This document shows positions 53,883-64,000 of a stretch of DNA of 64,000 bases, in pieces (position 1 is the stretch's first letter; every line of letters begins with the position of its first letter). The stretch lies in assembly GCA_009914755.4 (NCBI GenBank), contig CP086569.2:14560001-14624000 (forward strand), written 5' to 3'. The translations under genes and the position numbers were made by a program. The notes beneath the pieces are model-generated. The model did not search any database and was not told where the DNA came from. It worked only from the letters and a program-made list of their open reading frames with translations. This DNA is from the human T2T-CHM13v2.0 reference genome, Homo sapiens.

Positions 53883-56102
53883 TGAATGTTTTTATAAAGG
53901 TATCTAAAATTATTATATCCAGATTTCTCCAAAGCTCAATGGTCAATGAATTCTGATGGAAACCAACTGATGACTTGCATTGCAGTAAAATATTTTATGA
54001 GCATACACAAATTGGACATTATAACTGTTGTCTGATATCTTCCAAGAATTCTGAGGAATGCTCCAGATCTAGAAGTGAGTGGAATGGATGGATGCCATTT
54101 TAAAATCTTTTACTAAGACTTTGTTATGTAGATGTTGTATTTTTTGAAGAACACTTTCCTGGTAAATTCTTGCCATTCTTGTGTTAGTCTTGTGGGATTG
54201 TTGTGGGCAAAAACAGTAGCTCACATGTTAAAGTCCTTCAAAGAACTTAGAAAAATAATAAAACCACGTGGATAATTTGGTCACTTTTTTGTAGGATTTT
54301 ACAATTTTGAACCTTGGCTAGAGGAGCAAGTTATGGTTGTGATCCACTGAAGGCATTAGAGCTATTCCTGTCACATTATTATCAAACAGGAAATTATGTC
54401 TTTCTTCATTACCATATTGAGCTTTTAAGTTGCTGATATCCTTTAGCTACATGAACACCTCATGATAATGTCCCAATTTAGAAATAAAAATATTTCATGA
54501 AAATATAATATTTATAATAGTTAATATAATATACAGTATGTAATATATATTATAGTTCTTATAATGTTTACATATATAATATTAAGTTATTAGTATATCA
54601 TGTAATTCATTATTAATTAATATTATACTTAATTATTCCAATATACTATGCATATAGCACTATCTGGTGATTTTAACCTAAAATAATGACTTCGTTAGAG
54701 GATGGAAAAAGTCACTATTTACTCAAGAAACATTAAGCACATACTGTGTGCCTTGCTGTTTTCCAGTTGCCATGAATAGAAAGATGAACAAGACTTGAGC
54801 CTAGTCTTGGTCTAGTCAGAAAGACAGACCTGTGTATGTGAATAACTATGCACAGCATGAATCATGTATCTGCTCATTACCCAACAACTATACATTGAGT
54901 TTCTGTTTTGTAAGATGTTGGGCAGGGAGATAAATGAGAACTATACTGTGAAGGGTATGTCCCTGGCTAAGAAATTTGAAAGTTATTCTTAGGTAATTGG
55001 AAGATAACAAAAGTAAAATCCTTTCATCCACATGAGGCAGCTGGTATACTATTTCTGTTTAAAAATGAGTTTACAAGAAAGGAGGGCAAGGAAGAAACTA
55101 TCCATATTTGTCATTAAACAAGCAGATTAGTACCCTCTGTTATAATAACAATATGAGGTGGTAATACATCCTTTATTAGTATTTCTTAGTTCACATTTCA
55201 ATAAGACAGGCTGTAACACATACACAGTATACTTTTCATGGCCATTGCTATCAGTTTTAATAGAGATGTGGAAATAACACCTATAAACACCTCAGAAATA
55301 ACATCAGTGGTTTGAAACCAGTTGTATGTTTGCTATCATTATGGAGATAAATAACAGAAGAGTAAATAGATTTCAAATTACTAAATTATATATATTTTTG
55401 GCAGAATCATTGACGTATACAGTTTCTTAGACTATATCTGTACATTAAAAACTTAACAGCAACTGTATTGTCAATTTGAAATCAATATATCTTCTAGATG
55501 AGGCAAAATTTTCTGGTGGTTGAAGTCGTAAATTGGTGGGCAGGAACATTTTACTAAAAAGGTAGATTTGTAAAAGGAAGGGAAAATTAAAGTTTTGCAT
55601 ATTAATCAGAAAGTTGCTCCATGATATAAGAGGTGATACGGAAAATCTTATAGGATCCCTAAGTGAGTACACACAAAAGGTCAGGGATTGGAGATAACAT
55701 CGAAGGTTTGGACTCAGTTGTATGTTTGCTATGATTATGGAGATAAATAACATGGGTAACCATATAATAAAACACTTCTGGTAAAATAAATGTATACTCT
55801 AATAAAGGGAAGATATACTGTGAGGGCAAGTCCGAAAAGTTAGAAAAAATATTAATGGGTTAAAGAAGAATATAAACTGGATTATTTGAAGAAAGCATTG
55901 TAATGCAACCCTGAACTCATCATTTTAAGAATTATTGATAATTTAAACTAGGAATCCAAATTCTTACATGCAAACATAAATTCTTAAAGCATCATATAAG
56001 CCTAAGGTAATTCTCTAAAGTTCCATTAAGGTTCCTCTTTAGAAGTTCAGTGTTACAAAAGAGATGCATGAATACATTCAGGCATTAAGAACAAACATAT
56101 TT

Positions 56103-56374
56103 TCTGGGCATGGTGGCTCATGCCTATAATCCCAGCACTTCAGGAGGCTGAGTCGGACACATCACGAGATCTTGCCCATCCTGACCAACATGGTGAAACC
56201 CTGTCTCTACTAAAAATACAAGAACTAGCTGGTAGTGGTGGCACATGCCTGTAGTCCCAGCTACTCAGGAGGCTGAGGCAGGAGAGTCGCTTGAACCCAA
56301 GAGGTGGAGGTTGAAGTGAGCCGAGATTGCACTATTGCACACTCCAGCCTGGTAATGGAGCAAGACTCTGTCTC

Positions 56375-56402
<28 letters not shown>
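56103..56402 (+). mobile_element. Alu (plus strand) with (GAAAA)n tail
   Basis: ctgggcatggtggctcatgcctataatcccagcacttcaggaggctgag ... ctctgtctcaaaaaagaaaagaaaagaaaag. Confidence 0.9.
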
Positions 56403-56405
<3 letters not shown>

Positions 56406-58242
56406 CAATCATATTGGCGTGTAGTGTATGGGCCTTCATCCTATTAGGACTTTTTTTCTGATATAGGTCATGAAGTTTCCTAACAGGAGGGTGGGATACC
56501 AGAGTGAATTCATTTAAGTCTTCAACCAGGTTTCAAAGAATTAATTCTTCAAATGAAAGAAAGAGGTAAATCCAAAGTTGAATCTAATTCACACATTTAG
56601 AACCATCTCCATAAAAAGTAACTCCACACTTTTGGCCATATTTCTTTGAAATAACTGTGGTTTATTTTGTTCCTGTTCCTCTCCTAGATACTGACATCTA
56701 GTAATGAGCAGAATCTAAGCATTTAGCTGTACCAATTTTGGTTCATTATCATCTTCTTTGCAGGCTAAGTATTTCCATTGAAGTTTGATTAGGGTGTGAG
56801 GGTGATTTTGGGCTTTGCATCATAGGACCAGCTGAATGATAACTGTGGAGGCCTGCACTTACCTAAGGAAAGAAGGATGAGGTAGACAAGGCAGCGTGGT
56901 AGCCAAATTAGACAAAGGGCTATCATTATAAAACTTACTGCCCCATCCCATTGTTATGACAATTTCAGCCATATCCAAAGCATAGGTTTCAAACAACAGG
57001 TCATGCTTCTTTACAATGTCAGGAAATCAGTTGGTTCTTGTCAGCATTAAAAACAAAAATACAATTAGTGCATGACAAGTAAAATAGAGGGTAAAAAACC
57101 CACAGAGAAAATAAATTTAATGAAATGTTTCTTCAAAAAGTTTTTAAAAATTGAAAAATCATTATCTGGATTGTCTAAGAAAAAATGGAAAACTAAAAAG
57201 AAAGCAGGACATTACTACCAATTTTACAGAAAGCAAAGATTATAAAACAATACTGTGAACAATTATAGCCATACAAATTGGATGACCCAGAAGAAATAGA
57301 CAAATTCCTAGAAACATACAAGTTACCAAGAATAATTCATAAAGAAATAGAAACTCTGAATATACCTATAATTAGTAAGGAAATAAGAGTCAATAAACAA
57401 AAGCACATGCATGTGTGCATACATGGACACAAGTTTGGGAACAAAGGGATTCACTGACAAATTCTACCAAGTATTTAAAGTAATATTAACATCAATCCTT
57501 TTGAAATGCTTCCAAAAATTAAAAATTAAAAAAGGAACACTTTCAAATTCACATTATGAGGCTGTGACCCTTATACTAAGGCCAGACCAAGATACTATGA
57601 GAAAACTACAAGCCAATATTTTTGGTGAGGATTGTTGCAGAAACCCTCAACAAAATATTGGCAAATCAAATTTACTATCACATTAAATCCCAGCACAAAC
57701 AAGTAGGTTTTATTCTTGGACCAGAAGGATGGTTCAATATACCAAAAATTAATAGAGTGAAAAGAAAAAATTGTTCTTTTATGATTGTTTCAATTGATGC
57801 AGGAAAATGATTTTAAAGAATTTAGCACCCTTTCAGGACTAAAAAACAAACTAACTATAAATTTGGAACAAAAGAAAACTACCTCAACATAATGAATGTC
57901 ATATTTACAAATCCTGTAGCTAACATTATTCTCAATAATGCAAGACTGAAACCTTTTCTTTTAAGATAAACAACGAGACAAGGAATTCTGCTTTTGTCAC
58001 TTCTATTCAACAAAATATGAGTACTAGAATTTCTAGCTGGAGCAATTAGTCAAGAAAAGGAAATAAAAGTCATTCAAGTAAGAAATGAAGAAATGAGTAA
58101 AACTCTTTTTTCACAAACAACATAATCTTAAGGTAGAAATCCCTTTATAAAGATTCCACTCCCTAAAATGTCAGTAGTAAACAATTCATCAAAGTCACAG
58201 AATACAAAGTCAGTATACACAATTAGTTTCTTCTGGGTGTGT

Positions 58243-58890
58243 GGTTCACACCTGTAATCTCAGCACTTTGGGAGGCAAGGGTGGGTGGATGGCTTGAGCT
58301 CAGCAGTTCAAGACCATTTTGCATGATATGGCTTGGCTCTGTGTCTCCACCCAAATTTCATCTCAATTTGTAATCCCCGTGTATCAAGAGAGGAAGGCGA
58401 TTGGATCATTGGGGTGGTTTCTCTCATGCTGCTTTTGTGATAGTGATGAGTTCTCAAAAGATCTGATTTTTTTTTATAAGTGTCTGACATTTCCCCTGTT
58501 TGCATACTTCCTCCTGCCACCATATGAAAAAGGTCCTTGCTTCCCCTTTGCCTTCTGCCATGATTGTAAGTTTACTGAGGTCTCCCTAGCCATGTGGAAC
58601 TATGAGTCAATTAAACCTTTTTGCTTAATAAATTACCCTGTCTCGGGTGTTCTTTATAGCAGTATGAAAATGGACTAATACGCTGGACCAAATGACAAAA
58701 TGCCATCTCTACAAATAATACAAAAAATTAGTTGGATGTGGTGATATGTGCCTGTGGTCCCAACTACCTGGAAGTCTGAGGTGAGAGGATCACTTGAGCC
58801 CAGGAGGCAGAGGCTGCAATGAGCCAAGGTAGAGCCACTGCACTCCAGCATGGGTGACACAGCAAGACTCTGTCTCCAAAAATATAATAA
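58243..58890 (+). mobile_element. Old Alu (AluJ/S) split by a MaLR LTR insertion (Alu parts 58243-58316 and 58683-58890)
   Basis: Alu head tctgggtgtgtggttcacacctgtaatctcagcactttgggaggcaagggtgggtggatggcttgagctcagcagttcaagaccat. After the LTR it resumes ctggaccaaatgacaaaatgccatctctacaaataatacaaaaaattagttggatgtggtg... Confidence 0.8.
58324..58682 (+). mobile_element. MaLR LTR (THE1/MST-like), about 360 bp
   Basis: tgatatggcttggctctgtgtctccacccaaatttcatctc ... ccatgtggaactatgagtcaattaaacctttttgcttaataaattaccctgtctcgggtgttctttatagcagtatgaaaatggactaatacg, matching the THE1 consensus termini TGATATGGTTTGGCTGTGTCCCCACCCAAATCTCATCT ... GGACTAATACA. Confidence 0.75.
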
Positions 58891-59706
58891 TAATTATAAT
58901 AAAAGATAATAATGTTTTTGTATACTAACAATGAACAATCTTAGTAAGAAATTTTTAAAAAACAATGCCAGTTTAGCCAATAAGTAAATGAAAACTTGCT
59001 AAGCATCACTAATCATCAGAGAAATACAAATGAAAACCAACCACGATGATATATTAACTCATACCTGTTAGAATGCCTATCATTAAAAGAAAAATTGATA
59101 ATGCTAACTAGAATGTGAAGAAAAGACAATCCTTGCACACTGTTGGTGTGAATGGAAGTTAGTAGAGCAATTATGGAAGACAGCTTGGGAGTTCCTCAAA
59201 AACCGAAAATTGAACTATCACGTAGTCCAGCAATCCCACTACTAGGTATATGCCACACAGAAACAAATCCAGTACATCACAGAGATATCTTCACTCTTAA
59301 TATTCATTGCAGCATTATTCATAATAACCAAGATATAGAAACAACCTAGGTAACACTAGATAAATGTATAAAGAAAATGTGATTTACATATACAATGGAA
59401 TACAGTATGACAGTTCCTCAGAATAGTAAACATTAAGTTATGATATGGTCCAAGAATTTCACTTCTAAGCATACACACAAAATCATTGAAATCAGGGGCT
59501 TAAGCAGATATTTGTGCATGTATGTTCATAGCACCATTAACAGCAGCCAAAAGATGGAAGCCTAAATGTCCATCAATAGAGGAGTCGAAGAATTATGGCC
59601 TTTCCATTCAATGGAATATTGTTAGCCTTTAAAAAAATGCTGAAACATGGACAAACCTTCAGATATTATGCACTGTAAAATAGGCCAGTATGCAAAGACA
59701 CACATT

Positions 59707-60265
59707 ATGTGATTCTATTTATACACATACACCAAGTTTCTTGCCTTGGTGTATTGGAAGAATTGGGTCACATGGGGGCTTGGAGAATGAGTGCAAGGTT
59801 TTATTGCGTGGAGGTACCTCTCAGCAGATGGGGGAGCCAGAAAGGAAATGGTTTTCTCCTGTAGTCAGGCAGGTAGGGGTCCTGCGCTCTCCTCCCACTG
59901 CCCCAGCCAAATTGTGCATTGTTTTGCTTGTCCGTGGCTGCTAGCCCTGCCAGTGCCTGTTGGCGTGCTCTTCTGCAGTGTGGTGTGGGCGATAGCCGCT
60001 GGTGTCTTTTTCTGCTGCTGTTTTTCTCTTGAGGTACAGCTCCTTCTGCCTCTTCCTTGCTAGTTTCTCCGGTATTTATAGGTCCAGGATGGGGGCGTGG
60101 CAGGCCAGGGTGGTCTTGCAAAATGCAACATTTGGGCGGGAAGGCAGAAATGCCTGTACTCACCTAGTTCCATGGGGATGGAGCCTTATCCAGGGCCCAT
60201 ACACTCCTCTGTCCAGCACTTCCCTTCCCCTCTTCTGCATCATTTAAAGGAACCATGCTCTTATC
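59707..60265 (-). repeat. Possible solo ERV LTR (class I-like), minus strand
   Basis: The reverse complement contains cctataaataccggagaaactagc (TATA) followed about 250 bp later by cacgcaataaaaccttgcactcattctccaagcccc (AATAAA plus a U5-like end). GC-rich. Family not recognised. Confidence 0.4.
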
Positions 60266-60845
60266 AATCAATTCTATTGATAAACTAATATTGAAGAAGG
60301 CGTTGTTCATGTAGACAACATGGTACAAAACTGAGGACACAAAAAGCTTGTTTCTCAGAAACTCAAAGAAGAACATTGCTTGCTGAGGGCTACAATGAAG
60401 AAAAGTGAGCACAAAATGAGGCTTGGCAAGTAAATTAGGACAGATAACATAATTTTTAGTTTACTATTTTTAATGGGAACATATGAAGCAATTGCAAGGG
60501 CTTGTTAAGAAAAAAGTTTGATGGGATTTATGTGTTTTTGCAGGACTCTGTGGTCAGCTAGGAGGACCAGAGATGAAAGCTAAAGGGGTCAGTTTGGTGG
60601 GGGGATAATGAAATAGGTTCTTAAATTGATGGTGGTGATGGAGGCACAACTCTGAAAATACTTAGAACCATTAAATTGTGCACTTGAATGGTCAAATTGT
60701 ATAGTATGTAAATTATATCTTGCTAACTGCTTTTTTAAAATAAAAAACCCAAACAAAATAAATCACTTAAAAGAAATATAATAAAAATTGTTAGATTTTT
60801 CTTTATGGTACATGTTGGTTAATCACACTTGTATTCAGTTCTGTA

Positions 60846-60890
60846 CATGTGTGTTTGTGTGTGTGTGTGTCAGAGAGAGAGATACCTGGA
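60846..60890. repeat. (TG)n(GA)n microsatellite
   Basis: tgtgtgtttgtgtgtgtgtgtgtcagagagagagat. Confidence 0.9.
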
Positions 60891-63173
60891 GGAGAAGAAA
60901 AGGAAAGAGAGAGAAAGATAAACTGTCTGTGATGTAAAATGTATCTTTGACTGTGAGTCGGAGTCACACTTGTCAAAACTTCATTCCCCAACTTCTTCCT
61001 TATTACATTTTATATACTGCTCTCATTACATTTTCTTTTCCTGCCCAGCTTTATTAACTTCTAATCATTCACTTCAGTTAATTTTTAAGTTCTCCCTTTC
61101 CTGTTCCCTGAAGACGTCATCCTTCACATACAATCCTGAATCTGCTGTAAGAGCCTGTTTATAATGTTTTCATTTGGCTCCCAAGTAGCAACAAATAAAT
61201 GATATACTTTTTACCACTCAACTTATTAACTGTTTTTCATAAGCCCCTACTAGTTGTGCAATATAATCTTCGTAACTTCTATGGGCTACACTTTTGTCAC
61301 CTGCATAGTGGGAGAATTGATGGCCCTAACATAGGGGTTTACTGTGACAGTTAAAACAAATATGTACAACCTGTAAATTAAAAATTTTCCATTTATCATA
61401 GCTTTTATTTAAGCAACAACATCTTATTTCTCAAATAAGTCCTCATCACAATTTCTTCCTTTACTTGACCTCTTTGTAGCTTTTGACAACACTAACCACA
61501 GTCTACCTTCTAAACTCTTCTCTCCCATCACATTTTTGGCTTTTCTCTGATTTCTCTGATTATTATTATTCTGTTGATTTCTCTAAGTGGATTTTCTCCT
61601 GGTTCACCTAATTCATTCATTCTCTCCATATCTTCAGCCACCAACTCAAGTTGCTGATTCTTCAGCATCTATCTGCAGCCCAGACATCTAAATGATTCTG
61701 AACTTCTATATTCTGTAACGCATCAGATATTTCTCCTTGGCCTTCCATGAGAACCTTGAAAATAGCATCCTGCCATGAATGTTTTCCTCTTCTCTTGCCT
61801 CATTTCCAATCTTAATTAAGACAGCACAGCTGAGAGAGTTACCCAAAGATCAAAAATTTATCATTGATTCTTCTCTTTCACTGGTCATATTCAATTGGTT
61901 AGCCACTCCTTTTCTCGGTACCACTACTTGGTACACATTCTTACTTACTTTCTCCGGACTGTAGCAATCACACTTAGCTCCCTGACTTCAATCTCTGCCT
62001 TCTCCAATTCATCCTCTAACTAATTTAGAAAACGTTTGTAAAACAAATATCATTATTTCATATCCCAGATTGAAATTCTTCACTATCTCTTCATCTTCTG
62101 TAAAATTATCTCTAAACATATCATGGCCTATGAATTCCTTCACAATTAAACTCTAGTAGTTTCCTATACCTCCTCCCACTACTTCTCCAGTGAAAATGTA
62201 TTCTGTATTTGACCATGAAGTGAGTTGTAGGATGCAATGAGCAGAAGAAACATAGGCACCCAGACAACTGCTGCTGCCTGCAATACTTCCTAACGTCAAG
62301 CCCGATTAGGAAGATTGACCAAATTGTAGAGAACCTAAAACATCCCTGTAAGTAGAGAGAAAATATATTAAGCAATTAACCATATTATTTAACATGCCAT
62401 TAGTTACTTTATTTTCTTCCTTTCTTGTTTAATGGTACAAAATACTAGGCAGGTGTGTACCACCAGCATTGGGTGCACCTCTTCTAGCTGCTACTCAAGT
62501 TTGCATTTCATGTAAAATCCCTGTGAATAAATATTTTAATACCTACCCCTATAATTCTCTGCCTCCTTCTTTGGTCTGAGCTTGCACTCCATTAATGGCA
62601 ATTGATAACACCACAGCTCAAGGAGTTACCCAAAGTAGACATCAGAAATTTATCATTGATTCTTCTCTCTCACTGGTCATGTTCAGTGTTCAGCTAAGTG
62701 AAATATTTATGGAGGGCAATTCTTGGTTCCAGCATGGAGTTTTGTTGGGAAAACTGGTGATCCAGTCAGTAGTCAACTAATGAAATGGGCTTGGGGAATG
62801 AGGGATCCCTGGGGAAAATCTTGGGTTAGCTGACCTAGTCAATAGAGTGACCAGTGACTCCCATGTTTGAGGCACATGGGCATCTACATGAGTATAGGAT
62901 ATTCTAAAAATGCCCCCAGATTCATGACTCTGTTGGAGGAACTAAAAATGGGTCATGGATGTAAGGAAGAGATAAAAATGAGGCATATGTCTAGAAGGCC
63001 CCTCTCATGGGAAGTGCCACAGGAAACAGATACTGTAGTTAGCTGCAGAGGCAAAAATAAGAAAACTGGAGTAGGAATTGAAATTAGAAAAGAATATGTA
63101 AATGTCCACTATCCTGCTGGCCACCAAGCTAGCCCATAAGTTTTGAGATCAGGATAAGAAATCAGACATTTTA

Positions 63174-63476
<303 letters not shown>

Positions 63477-64000
63477 TCAGAAACTTTGATATGTATATAC
63501 ACCAAGATACAGGACAGAAAGCTCCCCAGGGTGAAAGTGTGTGCCATCGTGGAAAGACCTAGAACTCATTGGAAATTGAGAATGATAGTGAGACTGATGT
63601 GATGCTGGAAGATAAGAAGGAGAAAGAGAATGGAGGAGGCCCAAATGCTTATTCGGCATGCTGAATATTGAGCAGGGACAGGCTGGAGGCCAGTTGCCTC
63701 TGCTGGAGCATATGCCATCTGAACTGGTGGAGATTAATGCTGAGTTTCAGCAGGAACTTGATGAGAGTATTTCTGCATGGCTGCTGAAGTTATGGGATTT
63801 GGATGTACATAGTCTGTAACTTACTGGATAAGAAGCAGAAAAGGTTATAATAAAACTACCCATATTGTCTATGACAACACTTGGGACGGAGTAAGAAGCA
63901 TCTTGGGTGTCCATGTCAGTGGATTAGGGTATTAGCTCCTGTTGGAAGGTGTAGCCTAATAAGGGGGACTTGCCAGAGGGATACCTCAGTGGAACTATAT

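Larger units (their letters stand above)
57190..59700 (+). mobile_element. Ancient L1 (L1M-type) ORF2/3'-end remnant, interrupted by an Alu (which itself carries a THE1 LTR)
   Basis: RT-like translation 57240-58230 (DPEEIDKFLETYKLPRIIHKEIETLNIPIISKEI...). 3' portion 58960-59700 ([19 protein letters not shown] motifs: ikTNHDDILTHTC*NAYH*KKN, SRSPAIPLLGICHTE). Confidence 0.6.

Noticed and set aside
59801-60163. 120-aa minus-strand ORF (…PHPGPINTGETSKEEAEGAVPQEKNSSRKRHQRLSPTPHCRRARQQALAGLAATDKQNNAQFGW…)
   Set aside because: It lies entirely within the GC-rich putative LTR. It has no homology that I recognise. GC-rich repeats commonly yield stop-free stretches.
63560-64000. Possible gene or processed-pseudogene fragment at the window end (…AEFQQELDESISAWLLKLWDLDVHSL…)
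   Set aside because: The reading frames are short and interrupted, and I cannot match them to any protein family from memory. I leave them unannotated rather than guess.

Overview
This window is primate (human) nuclear DNA, not a prokaryotic or phage locus, so no operon-style 'system' is present. It is dense in interspersed repeats: about 16 Alu copies, three near-full-length plus-strand L1s, older L1M fragments, an ERV9 (LTR12-type) provirus with recognisable gag-pol on the minus strand, a MaLR/THE1 LTR, a MADE1 mariner MITE, MIR fragments and several microsatellites. The one genuine protein-coding gene is a spliced thymosin beta-4 gene near the 3' end (~49.5-52.4 kb, plus strand). Its three exons encode [44 protein letters not shown]. 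From memory this is the Y-linked paralogue TMSB4Y (G6, S30, R39 versus X-linked D6, P30, K39), which places the window on Yq11 between UTY and VCY. The repeat density fits that. Almost every ORF in the supplied six-frame track is a repeat-derived or chance ORF: L1 ORF1/ORF2 fragments, ERV gag/pol fragments, microsatellite translations. The points most worth checking are: (1) the exon-2 splice acceptor appears to have shifted relative to TMSB4X; (2) two near-consensus AluYa5-like insertions, one with a ~43-nt pure poly(A) inside the TMSB4Y CpG-island intron; (3) the ERV9 provirus with LTR12 LTRs carrying unequal numbers of enhancer repeats; and (4) several nested-insertion chronologies. I cannot support a claim of a novel biological system here. 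All coordinates are hand-counted and may be off by a few bp.
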